A stretch of 64,000 bases of DNA, taken from positions 36,520,001 to 36,584,000 of the forward strand of contig NC_058368.1 in assembly GCF_018350175.1 (NCBI RefSeq), given 5' to 3'. Numbering within the stretch: position 1 is the stretch's first letter; every line of letters begins with the position of its first letter. Of this stretch, positions 37,593-50,679 are shown piece after piece. The position numbers and the translations under genes were made by a program. This stretch comes from Felis catus. Its lineage: Eukaryota. The notes under the pieces were generated by a model. The model ran no database searches. It was not told the DNA's origin and saw only the letters and a list, made by a program, of their open reading frames with translations.

Positions 37593-38844
37593 GTAATGAC
37601 TTCCATGTTGGCAGATGAATTTAATCAGCAAAAAAGTGTTTTTCATTTGTATTCAAGCTGTGTTTAGTTTTGTGTGGAACTATTCATTTAGAGGTCATGG
37701 AGTTATGTGGAAATCTATTAAATACAGAAATTTAATAATTGTGGTTTTTTTCTTTAACTAAATTGTTGGTGTAGATTCTTTTCTCAAGAGCTGTTAACCG
37801 AAAGATTGAAGCAGTTAAGAGGCATACTTGAAGAGCAACTTATAACTAATTAAGATAGCCTGGTGGTAGAGGCTTTGTTTTTTTGTTCTTGTTGTTGTTT
37901 TTTGGTTTTTTGAGAGAGTGAGAGAAATTCAAAAGTAAGACAGATGTATGCTGTAATTTCCCACTTTTTTCGGTAGACACAAAAGAGGGAAAGGAAAAAA
38001 TGAAAATGTCAACAGAGAGATGAGACATAAAGGTGCGAACCCAGAGATAGGGAAGAGCATCACTACACTTTAGTGGGGTTTCTGTCCCAGTTGTTCTTTC
38101 CTGGATTCTAATCTTCGGCCTTGATCCAAATTACCTGTCTCAATCAAGAACTTAATTTTATTTCCATTTGATATTTTTCTTTTTAACCACAGCAGCCCTG
38201 ATCCTTCTCTTACAGAAGCTAAAAGTTTCCTCCTCACTATTTTTCAACCCACTCTCTGCAAAATGTTACAGTGAGCTGCCTGGAATCTTGGGCCTTCCTG
38301 ATTTTACTCAGCATTCCACTGTTATTCACAACAGTCTCCTGCAGCCTTTTCCTGTTTTATCCCTGATGAGTCTGAGATTCATCCCTGTGGCAGCTTGCTC
38401 TTTGCTTCATGATAGCACCAACATTTAGCTGTTGGTAATCTGCCTTGCGTTTGCTCTTCATTTGCTTCATTCCACCCAGATAAATGGGTGGAATCTGTTG
38501 ACTGGCATCCTTTTGAAACACATTTTTGTAAGGTCAACTCAAAATTGAATTAAAGTCATTCTCTCATCATGGCTGTTTTGAAAATAATTTAAAAATATGT
38601 TGACTCTACTGTGCTTTGGAGCAAGGCACAGTCAAGATGAGAGGAGGCATGATGCCCTGTGATCTGATCCATGTTGCTGATATTCTCTCTCCCTCCAATG
38701 TCACAAAAACCTTCAGAATGCAGACAGAGTGTAAACAGTCGAATGATTTATATTTTAATAATATAAATACATGTTTGCAAGAATTTGCTTTCCTCTTAAA
38801 CATTTTGGTGATAATATTTCTTTTATGAATTACTCAGAGAAACG

Positions 38845-39022
38845 TAATTTTGAGAGAGAGCGCAGGGAAGAGGCAGAGAGGGAGGGAGAGAATCACAAGC
38901 AGGCTCCACGCTATCAGCTCAGAGGCCCATGTGGGGCTCAATCCTACGAATCATGAGATCATGACCGAGCTGAAATCAAGAGTCAGACAGACACTTAACC
39001 AACTGAACCACCCAGGCACCCC
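38845..39022 (-). mobile_element. Can-SINE
   Basis: Canonical body and head. Confidence 0.85.
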
Positions 39023-39378
39023 TTATGGTTTTTTAAATTAGGAATATATTAAAAGGTATAGTTTCACTAATATTTCTTATCAAGTCCATTCTAAAATATT
39101 CTTGTTCAGTTTATCTTAGCCTTGTACATGGGTTAAAGATAGATAATGCTGGATGTGTGCCAATAGCAACAGGATATGTTAATATTGCTGAAAACCTGTA
39201 TTTGTACAACACATTTGTGTGAGTATATGTTTTTCTTTTTTTGTTAGTGAGTTGAGAAAAGGCTCATTTTATAGGATTTTTACTGCTAGGATTGGAAGGG
39301 AGAACAGAATTCAGGGCTTATTTTTAAGCAGTGTTGGCTTTTTAAAATTATCCTAAGAAATTAAAAATCAAAAACTTT

Positions 39379-39605
39379 GGGGGCGGTTGGGTGGCTCAGT
39401 CAGTTAAGTGTCCAACTTCGGCTCAGGTCATGATCTCGTGGTTCGTGAGTTCGATCCCCGCATCAGGCTCTGTGCTGACAGCTCAGAGCCTGGAGCCTGC
39501 TTCGGATTCTGTGTCTCCCTCTCTCTCTCTACCCCTCCCCCACTCTCATTCTGTCTCTCTCTCTTTCTCTCTCTCTTAAAAATAAACATTAAAAAAATAT
39601 TTTTT
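39379..39605 (+). mobile_element. Can-SINE
   Basis: TSD ttaaaaatcaaaaacttt at 39361 and 39606. Confidence 0.9.
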
Positions 39606-40123
39606 TTAAAAATCAAAAACTTTGTAGCCTGATTGAGAGAGCAGTTATGTTTTTAGTTTTTAGTTTGTAAGTTCAGAGACAGCTCTTTATATTTAAAATA
39701 ACCATACTATACTACTTAACCATCATATGCATATTGTGTCATAATATGGAAATCAAACTCTTAATAAAAAACTGAACTTGTCTCTTCTTGTACAGTAGTA
39801 TAGACTGTTTGAAGTTTAAAATTATTTCAAGTTATTATCCTAAAATGCTACATAAATCTCTTGGTTCAATGTGTGTCTTAAATATGTGCCCTATTTTAGA
39901 TGGCCATTATGTAGCTTTACATTTTATTTACCAATTACATTTATTTACAAGTGACTTTAATCCTCTACCTTTATTTTTAAATCTATTGGAAAGAATTAAA
40001 CTTCTATGAGCTCTCAATTGTTAAAGCAACACAAACCTTTCTTTTGAGGTGTTACTTTCTTATGAAAAACTTGGATCTCTTTTGGAACTACTGAAGTGTT
40101 TTATTTTTCTCTATTATTACCAG

Positions 40124-40273
40124 AAGTGCACGTCTCATGTCCAAGTGGATAGTAGAGAACTTGACCGAAGAAAGACATTGCAAGTCACAATGCCTGTCAA
40201 ACCTACAAATGACAATGATGAATTTGAAAAACAAAGGACTGCTGCTATTGCGGAAGTTGCAAAGAGCAAAGAA
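40124..40273 (+). CDS. TDRD3: TDRD3 exon 7 (150 nt): [50 protein letters not shown]
   Basis: Acceptor ttaccAG and donor GTaaga. Lies within ORF 40049..40285. Confidence 0.97.
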
Positions 40274-40621
40274 GTAAGAAACTAGATCTTTATAAACTCT
40301 TATTCTTTGTCATTATGTTCTGTTTAAGTCACTCAGAATCATTATTGTCATTCCATATAAGGTAAACTAATTCAACAAACTTTTGACATTCTTCTTGCAT
40401 ATTTCAACAGTAGAAATGCCCTAGGCCTTTATGGAGCCTTAAGCTCACACATTTTGCTCACAAGTTCTTGCTAGCAAACCACTCTTCTTTCCTCCCTTTT
40501 CCTTTTCTTCTTAATAGAGTAACAACGAAACACAACACTTTTCATGATGGCAGAGGATTTTCTGTTGTTAGTTGGGCTAGATACCACCTGTGAGGAATGC
40601 AAGTAAAGATAGATCAGAAGA

Positions 40622-40838
40622 GGGGCGCCTGGGAGGCTCAGTGGGTTAAGCATCTGACTTTGACTCAGGTCATGATCTCATGGTTCGCAGGTTCAAGCCC
40701 CGTGTCGGGGCTCTGCACTGCAGCTCAGAGCCTGGAGTCTGCTTCAGATTCTGTGTCTTTCTCTCTCCCTCCCCTGCTCATGTGCATGCATGAGTTTCTT
40801 CTTTCTCTCTCAAAAATAAATAAACATTTAAAAAAAAA
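40622..40838 (+). mobile_element. Can-SINE
   Basis: Approximate TSD aaagat(a/t)gatcaga. Confidence 0.9.
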
Positions 40839-41294
40839 AGATTGATCAGAGGATAAATCATGGCTTAGTATTAACATTTTTGTTAGTTTTCATTCTTCAA
40901 TCTACTTAGTAAAAAATAATTTTTTTCTTTGGATCCTGTACATTTATGCCCTTCCCACACACACACATACACACACACACACACACTCCATCATGTTCTC
41001 TTAACAGCCAAATGGTTTTCTTTTAATTATTTAAAATTTCTTGCTTATTTGAAATAGGTGTTTTCTCTAGTTAGTTATTCATTTTAGACTTTGAGAAGAA
41101 ATTTAAGTTCATGAATTAGTTGCTTAGACAGACTCTCCTTCTCTTGACCAGTGAGATTAGAATACTTTCCTTTATTTAAAACCAGTAATAAAGCTTAGCT
41201 AACAACTGCTTTCCTATTTAATTTTGAAGTATAAGTAAGAGATTTATTGAATTTTGATTGTTCTTCCTGCAGTGTCTTTCCGTCATCAGTCTGA

Positions 41295-41495
41295 TCCAAG
41301 AGCACAAGCTCTGGAGTCAGGCAGCCTGGAAGTGTATCCTGCTGACAGCCTTCGATAAGTTACTTAGCTTTTCGTACCTGATTTTTCTTCATCTTTGCAA
41401 AGGGGATAATAACGGCACCCACTTCATATGGTTGTTGTTAGAATTAAACTGATAATCTTTAAAACATTTACAACGCTGCATGTGGCACAGTTCAA
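41295..41495 (+). mobile_element. MIR SINE
   Basis: gctctggagtcaggcagcctgg...taagttacttagc...cttcatctttgcaaaggggataataac. Confidence 0.7.
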
Positions 41496-42051
41496 ATTTT
41501 CCTTCACTGAAAGCTCTCCGTAAATGTGACTATTGTCATTCCTTAGTGTCTTTTATGTTCTAAGGTACATGCTTTTAAAAATCGTTTTTCATGCTTCTGA
41601 AATTAATGCATTTTGCATAGTTTACATAAAATATATTTCTTTTTTCCTAAAAGGCTGTTAACATTATGGAATTTAAAAAGAGTATATGGGATATATATCA
41701 ATTTCTTAATGATTATAGGAAAGTTGTTTTTTTGATGTACATTTTTCTCACACAAACTTTCCTTCCAAAACTTTGATGCAGGGTATGGCTATTTTCTAGA
41801 ATATAGTTAAACTGTAATATGCTTCATTTTTTAAAGCCATAATTGATCACATTGTATTTTGTATAAATATTTGATAAATAAAGAATCCTAGCTTTCCAAA
41901 GCAAACTTAAAACTACTCAGTTTATATATGAGAGAACTGATGGTGGTTCAAAACTACCCGATCTTGCCCAGTGTTACCCAATGACAAATTTAGGACTAAT
42001 CCTATGTGTATTATAGATTATCCTTATATCTATAGATCTGTCTCTATAGGT

Positions 42052-42093
<42 letters not shown>

Positions 42094-42129
42094 GCACAGA
42101 TTTATATTTAATCTAAATGCCTGAACAAT

Positions 42130-42340
42130 GGAGCACCTGGGTGGCTCAGTCAGTTAAGTATCTGACTCTTGACTTTGGCTCAGATCATGATCTCACAGTT
42201 TGTGAGTTTGAGTCCAACATCGGCCTCTGTGCTGACAGCACAGAGCCTGCTTGAGATTCTCTCTCTCTCTGTCTCTCTTCTGTCCCCCCACTTGCTCTTG
42301 TGCTCTCTTTCTCAAAATAAATAAATAAACTTAAAAAAAT
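42130..42340 (+). mobile_element. Can-SINE
   Basis: TSD taaatg(c/t)ctgaaca. Confidence 0.88.
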
Positions 42341-42544
42341 AAATGTCTGAACAGCAAAATCATAAGAGCACAATTGTTTTAGAAAGATGTTTTATGATCA
42401 TCCATTCAAACAATTATGTGGATTTGGTAGAATTTAGTGCACATGATCAAGCCATGATTTTCATATATTTTTTACGTTATTTGTTTATTCAGCAATCTTA
42501 TGAAAATCTGTATGCAAAGAAGTGTTCTAAATGCTTAGATTAAG

Positions 42545-42922
42545 AGTCCCTGGGTGGCTCAGGTGGTTAAGCATCTGACTCTTGATCTCAGCTCAGGTCA
42601 TGATCTCTTGATTCGTGAAGTCAAGCCCCACATCAGGCTGATAGTGCAGAGCCTTTTTGGGATTCTCGCTCTCTGCCCCTCCCCTGCTCATGCTTTTTCT
42701 GTCTGGATCTCTCTCTTTCTCAAAATAAATCAATAAACTTTTAAAAAATGTAAAAACTAGGGGCACCTGAGTGGCTCAGTGAGCTAAGCACCGACTTCAG
42801 CTGAGGTCATGATCTCGTAGTTCATGAGTACAAGCCCCACGTCGGGCTCTGTGCTGACAGTTCGGAGCCTGGAGCCTGCTTCAGAATCTGTGTCTCCCTC
42901 TCTCTCAGCCCCTCCCCTGCTT

Positions 42923-42967
<45 letters not shown>

Positions 42968-43010
42968 AATAAACACAGACAAAAAAAATTGTTTTTTTTA
43001 ATTAAAAAAA
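42545..43010 (+). mobile_element. Two tandem Can-SINEs (42545-42750 and 42760-43000) inside an L2 remnant
   Basis: A single TSD, taaatgctta..ttaag (42528 and 43011), encloses both copies. Confidence 0.88.
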
Positions 43011-43019
43011 TAAATGCTT

Positions 43020-44350
43020 ATGTTAAGTCAATGAACAAAATAGACAAAAGATCCCTGCCCTTATCAAGCTTATATTTTAGTAAAGGAGAAAACTATTTAT
43101 ATGTAAGTTGTATGGGAAGTTAGAAATCAGTAAGCTCTATAGGAAGAAAAAAAATAAAGTAGGTTGGGGAGTTGGGAGTACTGGTTGGGGATGGTGTGCA
43201 CCTAACATAGGATGGTCAGAAATTAAGAATTCTTTTTGTGTAGTTTACATTCTAGTAAGGACACTAAATAATATAAACATGCTAAATAAGTAAGTTTCAG
43301 ATTTCAGTTTTAAATAGAGTGATTTAATTAGGTCCCAAGATGATGAGATTTGAGCTAAGACTTGAAGGAGGTAAGAGAATTAGCTATGTGGTTACCTGAG
43401 AAAGAAAAGTCTTTACAAAGGCTCTAAAGCAGGAGTATGTGTTCAAAGAATAGGAAGGTAGCCGGTGGAAGCAGAGAGAACAAAGGGACAAGAAGTAGAC
43501 CATAAAGTCAATGATGATAATGTAGGTCAGCTTATATATGGCTCTGTGAGCCATGTTTAAAAAACTGGTCTTTATTCAGAGAGAAATGAGAGCCTTTAGA
43601 GGTGTTCAGCACAACAGTAACATCAACTGACCTACATTTTAAAAAGCTAATTGGGGGGGGGGGGGGGCGCCTGGGTGGCTCAGCCAGTTAAGTCACAGTT
43701 TGTGAGATTGAGCCCTGTGTCAGTCTTTGCACTGGCAGCGCAGAGCCTGCTTGGGGTTCTCTCTCCCTCTCTCTTTGCTCCTCCCCCTCTTGTGCACACT
43801 CTCACTCTCTCAAAATAAATAAATAAATAAACATTAAAAATAAATAAATAAAAAGCTAATTCTGGCTGCTATGTTCAGAGTAGATTGTAGAGAAGAAGAT
43901 TGAACCAAACAAGTTAGGAAATTATTGAATGATCCAGGGAGGGGAAAAATGATGGTAGCTTGGATGAAGATGGCAGCTGCATAGGTGGTGTGAAGTGGTC
44001 AGATTCTGGAATTTTGAAAGTAGAACTATCACAGTTTCTGAGATATTGAATGTGGTACATGAGGGGAGTATCATGAATGATTCCAAGGGTTTTGCCCTAA
44101 GAAATTGGCAGGTTAGAGTTTCTTACTTTGAATTAGAGAAGACTGTAGTGGAATAGGTTTGAGGATAAAGATTTGGTATTCTGTTTTGAACATAGTAATG
44201 TTGAAGTGTGCCTGTCAGACATCATGTGGCTTCATAGGCAGTGAGACAGAAGAGTATAATTGGAAAAGGGAGCTTTGGAAGAGATGCATTTGGAAGTTGT
44301 AAGCATATATGGATGCCTATTTAAAATCATGAGGCTGTATAAGTGATGAC
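43020..44350 (+). mobile_element. Degraded L2 LINE remnant (continuing from ~42470)
   Basis: Purine-rich L2-like segments: gatttgagctaagacttgaagga, ctggctgctatgt..gagtagattgtag, gaagtggtcagattctgg, tgattccaagggttttgcc. Confidence 0.6.
43653..43850 (+). mobile_element. Can-SINE with an expanded G-run at the head and an internal deletion
   Basis: TSD aaaagctaatt on both sides. Confidence 0.85.
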
Positions 44351-45510
44351 CTTCCAAACTTCCAAATCTATTGCATAAACCAAAAATTGAATGAATCTAG
44401 TAATGCACCTTTGGTCTTTGAAGGTGTGGTTTTAATTTTGGTTTAAATAAAATTTAAATATTGTGGTGGTGTATCAACTACATAATAGATATTTTATACG
44501 TTGTCTGGTTAATGCTTATCTACTATCATTTTTCTATTTCTCAGGTTCTGTTTCTTTATATTTTCATCAGATTGAAAATAATTTCCCAGTATCTCATAAA
44601 TTTATATCTAGGATGTTTTCTTACTGTAATAATTTTAAAACACATGTAAAAATATTTATTATCACTAATAAAAATCAAGTCTTGACTTCTTCCTCTTTTA
44701 TTGGATCTATTAGAGCTCTAAAGATGCTGTATGACCACATATTTAATTTGATACTGTACAAGTAACAGCAGTGGGTTACTTTTCAACCATGAATTTGTAT
44801 CTTTATGACTAATGTCCTTTACATTCTTGTCTTTTTATAATAGTTTTGATGAAAATGAGATCAGAGCAGATTTTCAAATGTGATTACACATAATTATTGA
44901 AATAATTCAAACAAAATAAGAAATAAAGGCTTTAAAGTTTTCTATACATAATTAGTAAGATAGCATATTATGTAATTAATGTAAATAGTAAGTTAGCGAT
45001 GAGAATTTTAATCCAGTGTTAAAATTCACATTATTTGTTTACTTTTTAAGTTTGTATAAATAATTATATTATTGGATCATGGACATAATGTAACTGATTC
45101 CTAGACATGTTGAGTGCCTTGCTAAAAATAGAGTTGCTACATGTCTGGGTTTATAACCCAGCTCTCGTGATTTATCAGTCGCGTATCGTGCCATAGAATT
45201 ATTTTAACACCTAAACTTCATAATGCTAATATTATTGTATTTTCTTCTATGTTGTTGTCTACTTCAGTTTATTCTGATGACTTGCCTTGAAGACTTAACG
45301 ATGCTAATTTTGTAAATTTTTTATTGCTTCACCCGGACTTGTGGAAAGAAGAGATGATGGCTAGTACATATTTTTTGAAAAGAATCAGTTAGCATAATTG
45401 AGAAGCGTTTCGTTACTTGTTTTACCAGATGTTTTTGGTTGCAGACTAGTCTTGAGAACTATCTTTCCATATTACTTACCTACATCTCTTTGTCTTTCAC
45501 TTATTTAAAG

Positions 45511-45651
45511 ACCAAGACATTTGGAGGTGGTGGTGGTGGTGCTAGAAGTAACCTCAACATGAGTGCTGCTGGGAACCGAACTAGAGAAATCTTACAAAAA
45601 GAAAAGTCAGCCAAACCGGAGGGGAAACATGAGGGTGTCTACAGAGAACTG
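45511..45651 (+). CDS. TDRD3: TDRD3 exon 8 (141 nt): [47 protein letters not shown]
   Basis: Acceptor tttaaAG and donor GTaagg. Lies within ORF 45439..45774. Confidence 0.96.
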
Positions 45652-46814
45652 GTAAGGCCAAAGAATCAACACAGAGTTAATGTGTTCTGCCTTACCTGGA
45701 TGATTTTTCTGTCCTTTCTCACAACCACTCCTGGCTTTATTCAGCGCGTTATGAATGAACTTTACAACTCTTAAGAAGGTTTTCATTAAGGATTGTCGCT
45801 AATCGTGGAGCATCTGGATTGTTTGAAAGATAATTTACTTAAAACCTCCATCGTACTTAAATTTCTAATGTCTGAATTATGTCTTTTGGAATAGCTTGAT
45901 GAAAAGCCATCACATTTAATAGAGGACATTTAATGGAGATTATTTTGTATAAGATGATGCCTCAGGAACATCCTTTCCCTTCCCTTCTCCATATCCTTCT
46001 CAAATTTTCTGTAAAGTGATTTTGTTTTGTTTTGTTTTGTTTTGCTCTTTGGGAAAAATGTATTAGAACAAGTAAATGTGTATTCTGGTCTCATTTGCAA
46101 AATATACTTGGATTTTTAAGATAAATGATAGGAGTCAAAGTTATTTCTGGTATGCTGCAGTGTTCTCATACATGAGAGAACTGACAAGAATTCTTTTTCC
46201 TCTGCCTTTAGAAGTTGAATGACTTTGGATGCTTTTATCTGTAGAGTAGGGGATACTAAGACTGACTTAAATAATAGGGATTTATTATTTCACATAACTA
46301 GAATTCAGAAGTAGATGGTTACAAAGGTTGATAAATCCAGCAGTACAACAATGTTGAGCTCTGGTGAGCATCTCTGTGATTTTTTGGCTTTCTTCTCAGG
46401 GATACAGGACTCTTTGTGTATTAAGTCTTCACAGAAAAAGTTCAAAGGCAGGAAGGAAAGGGTGTAGGTCTATTTTATCAGAGAAGAAAATACTTTCTGA
46501 AATCTCCAGAAAGTTCCATTTATGTCTTAACAACTAGAGATAGGTCACATGTCCACTTCTAAATCAGTCATTGGCCAAGGAGAACTATGGGCCAGGCTGT
46601 CTCTTCCTTGAACATAGTACCATTTCATGGTACCATTTCATGGACTTTTATAAAAGTCAGTTTCAGGTTAGAGTAGATACAGCGAACTGAAAAAATATGG
46701 TCCCTAACTCAAGAAGCTTTCAAACTTCAGTAAATTGAGAATACTTCTCTGGGGATGTCTTGCCATAGAACATCAGAGACCAGCAGTTTGGGGTTGTGGC
46801 AAGGATTAAACATA

Positions 46815-47625
46815 TGAAGGGAGTGACATTGCAAAGATGGTGGAGTCGAGAGCTCCAGGAATTGGCCTCTCCACCCAAACAACTATTTAGGTGACAAGTA
46901 CTCTCTGAAACGACGGTTTTAGAATTCTGAAGGCTGGTAGTCAAATACTTGAGGATCCAGAATAGTGAGTAATGAAGAAAGAGGATAATGGAACAGAGAC
47001 TTCAGTGATCACATATCACAAGGAATATAGTCCTTGCAAAGAAAGTTTGGAAAAGTCACTACACAAACTTACAACAGCAGCTTTCATCAAGTAACAATAT
47101 CAATCCCTGAGGAGGAGGGAGAATCTGATTTCCAAAATTACTGCCATTATAGTATTCAAAATGTCCAGTTCTCAACAAAAAAAATTACAAAGCCTACCAA
47201 AAAACAGCAAAGTACACCCACTTAGGGGAAAAAAAAGAAACTGACAGGAAATTTCCCTGAAGAAGCCCAGGCATTGGACTGACTAAACAAAGACTTTAAA
47301 TGCACTATCTTAAATATGCTCAAACGTCTGAAGGGAACTGTTGACAAAGAACAAAGAGAAATCAAGAGAACAATATATGAACAAGTGGGGAATATCAGTA
47401 AAGAGAGATTATAAAAAAAAAAGAAACCAAATAGAATTTCTGGAGCAGAAAAGTACAGTAACTGAAATGAAAAATTAGCAGATTCAACATCAGACTGGAA
47501 CAGGCAGAGAAAGAAAATCAGTGAACTTTGATACTGGGCAATTGAAATTACCCAGTCTAAGATGTGGAAAGAGAAAAGAGTGAAGAAAAAAAGAGGATAA
47601 GGGACCTATGGGGTACCATCAAGAA
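46815..47625 (+). mobile_element. Old L1 5' region / ORF1 remnant
   Basis: aagatggtggagtcg 5' start; cctgaagaagcccaggcattggactgactaaacaaagactttaaa; gaatttctggagcagaaaagtacagtaactgaaatgaaaaatt; gggacctatgggg. Confidence 0.75.
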
Positions 47626-48171
47626 ATTTCTTTATGGGATATGTTTATGTTACTTAAAAAGTTCTTGAATTCTACTCAGCTCTAGATTTTTCAAGGAGAT
47701 TTTGATTTATGGCATTTTAAGGTAGATTTTCCTATTTGACGTACAGGCTATCACAGCATCATAGATAGTATTGCTAATGAGTATAGAAAGAATACTGGAA
47801 CAGAGAGAGTAAAAAAAAAATAAAACTACTGAGATAGCACCTTTTTGTTAGCTTCATTTTATACTTTGCAGTTTTGGAGAAGTGAAATATTAAGCAAGAA
47901 AAGTTTTCATTAGATAGTTTTCACTGTATTATTTTCAGAAGCTTCTTTCTGACATATATGATTTTCTTTCTTTTCTTTCATTCATTCATTCATTCATTCA
48001 CTCTTTTGTAATGGTAGTTGTAAAGTCAGAGAGTACTTGAGGCACAACCCCATATATCATACAGAATTTTCCTCGACTATTGTTATGAACAAACAGCAAG
48101 TGGATGTTGTATTAGTATAGCATTTTTTCTATAACCATGAATGTAATTTTTAATTTAAAAACAGTATACAT

Positions 48172-48355
48172 AGGGGTACCTGGGTGGCTCAGTCGGTTAA
48201 GTGTTCTACTCTTGGATCAGACAATGATCTCACGGTTTGTGAGTTTGAGCCCCGCATTGGGCTCGAATCCCTGCCTGGGATTCTCTCTCTCCCTCTCTCT
48301 CTGCCCCTCTTCCACTCACTCTGTCTCTCAAAATAAATAAACTTAAAAAAAAAAG
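48172..48355 (+). mobile_element. Can-SINE about 80 nt upstream of exon 9
   Basis: Head ggggtacctgggtggctcagtcgg, (CT)n and A-tail. Approximate TSD tatacata. Confidence 0.88.
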
Positions 48356-48434
48356 AAACTATACATATACTTAAAAACGTATACCTTGCTTATTTATTGG
48401 CCATTAGCGTAGCTTTGCTTTTAATTTCTTACAG

Positions 48435-48591
48435 GTTGATGAGAAGGCTCTGAAACACATAACAGAAATGGGCTTCAGTAAAGAAGCATCGAGGCAAGCT
48501 CTTATGGATAATGGCAACAACTTAGAAGCAGCGCTGAATGTACTTCTTAACAGCAATAAACACAAACCTGTTACAGGTCCACCTCTGAGAG
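48435..48591 (+). CDS. TDRD3: TDRD3 exon 9 (157 nt): [52 protein letters not shown](G); UBA domain
   Basis: Acceptor ttacAG and donor GTagag. Carries the UBA signature MGF...[10 protein letters not shown]. Confidence 0.97.
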
Positions 48592-49266
48592 GTAGAGTTC
48601 ATTAAGCCATGTGACAGATAGTATTGTTTGCATTTCTGGCTGAGGTTTTGTTGCTGGGCGGGGGGACAGTATAACTTCATTTACTCTTTGTGGTAAGAGG
48701 AAGGAGCACCAGTTAGGGCATCACAGAGACTTGTGCAAGTTCCTCCAAGTTTCTCTGTCTTCATCTTTATGTAAAGTAGGTCTAATAATACCTTACTTAA
48801 CAGGGTTGTTATAAGTAATAGAGAAAATATAATATGAAATGAGTAGTTCTGTTAATTATTTTTAGAACTATGCCCCTTGTATAAGTGACTAGTCTGCAGA
48901 CTTTTAAAAATTATCAAGAACATGACTTTTATTTAGTGTTATTCTTTGGTCATTCAAGTCTTAATCCTCTATTCTTTTAAAGGATTAGTGGTTAAAGAAA
49001 AATTTTATAAGAATGATTTTTTTCTCTTAAAAGATAATTTACATGAAAAAATTCAAATTTCCAGATAGATCATTTAGAGGACTAAAGGTACTAGTTGATA
49101 TAATCATTTTAAAAACGTATTTATTTAAAAGATGCAGAATATACAGAAAAATATGAAAAGAAAGACATACAAAATCATACTTGAGGTGACTGATGATTCT
49201 GTTTTGGTGTATTTTCTCCTTTTGTTTTTGCACGTACAATAAACGTGTCTTGCTTTACTTCTTCAG

Positions 49267-49392
49267 GTAAGGGAAAAGGCCGGGGGAGAATAAGATCTGA
49301 AGAAGAGGAGGAGCTGGGAAATGCAAGGCCGTCAGCTCCAAGCACGTTATTTGATTTCCTGGAGTCTAAAATGGGGACTTTGAGTGTGGAAG
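49267..49392 (+). CDS. TDRD3: TDRD3 exon 10 (126 nt): (G)[41 protein letters not shown](E)
   Basis: Acceptor cttcAG and donor GTaggc. Contains the [17 protein letters not shown] motif. Symmetric phase 1-1 exon. Confidence 0.96.
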
Positions 49393-49417
49393 GTAGGCTA
49401 CCTTAAAGTAGACTGCT

Positions 49418-49450
49418 TTTTGTTTGTTTGTTCTTGTAATGTTTATTAAT

Positions 49451-49492
<42 letters not shown>

Positions 49493-49652
49493 TGAGTGAC
49501 TACTGGGGAGGGGCAGAGAGAGAATCCCAAGCAGGGTCTGCACCGTCAGCACAGAGCCCAACACGGTGCTCAAACTCATACCCTGTGAAATCATGACCTG
49601 AGCCAAAATCAAGAGTTGGACGCTTAGCAGACTGAGCCACTCAGGCACCCCT
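49418..49652 (-). mobile_element. Can-SINE about 25 nt downstream of exon 10
   Basis: T-rich tail, (GA)n and head. Approximate TSD taa(a/c)gtaga. Confidence 0.88.
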
Positions 49653-50219
49653 AACGTAGATTTCTTTTAAAAAGACCAAACTTTGGAATCGCACCAAAAA
49701 AAGTTTAATAAAAGAACTGACAATACAAACTTCTATCTGGGTGTTGAAAATTAAAATTTTTAAATTACAAATTTACTGTTTAACAGAAATACAGAACAAA
49801 ATTTTTGATTGTTACAGTCTGAAAATACAAAAGGCAGCTTATTTTGCCCTCTAACGCTAAAATAGGTAATATTGCCAAGATCTTTCCCCCAACTTCACTA
49901 GATAACAGATTTAGCTATGAAAACTGATTGTTATGTTGGAGAATTTATTATTATATAATTTTATATAACACTTTGTGAAATTGGCCTATCTCTTCTTTCT
50001 CCACATATTACATATTTTATGGAAATATTCACACAATGAGTGAATATGCTCCCATAATATGATGTATTCCTTAATATGACATATTTTAGTGATTAACATA
50101 AATACTGAAAAGATAAAGAATGTTAAATGTGTATCTTTTTTCTAAGCATGGGATAAGTAAGTATTTTCTAAAACAGTATATTTTTAAAAATATGAGTCCA
50201 AAACATTAGGAAAATACCC

Positions 50220-50438
50220 TTTTTTCTTTTAAATTTATTATTTATTTAAGAGAGCAAGCATGAGCACAAGCAGGGGAGGGACAGAAAAAGGGAGAGAGAG
50301 AGAGAGTGAGAGAGAATCCCAAGCAGGCTCAGCACTCTGTGCTGAGCCCAGTGCAGGGCTAGATCCACAACTGTGAGATCATGACCTGAGCTGAAATCAG
50401 AGTTGGATGCTCAACCAAGTGGGTCACCCAGGTGCCCC
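50220..50438 (-). mobile_element. Can-SINE
   Basis: Canonical structure. Confidence 0.87.
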
Positions 50439-50679
50439 AGGGAGATATACTTTTAAATTCAGTTTTCTCTTTCAGATATATTTTTAATTAAAAAAAAAAA
50501 AAAAAAAGGTTGGAGATAAAATGCTATGATAACAAATTTGAAATGTCCAGATTTCATGAAAATGGAAGCTCATTGCTAGATTATATAGAAAAGGCAATGT
50601 ATTTTGAAAAAGTGTTTGATGTAGGTGAGATTTGTAAGCACACATTTAACAGCAATGTTTTCTTGGTTGTAAAACATAA

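Noticed and set aside
39391..39632. Recurring ORFs such as MAQSVKCPTSAQVMIS.../ERERER at many positions
   Set aside because: Translations of Can-SINE consensus, not genes. The tRNA-like heads are SINE-derived, not tRNA genes.
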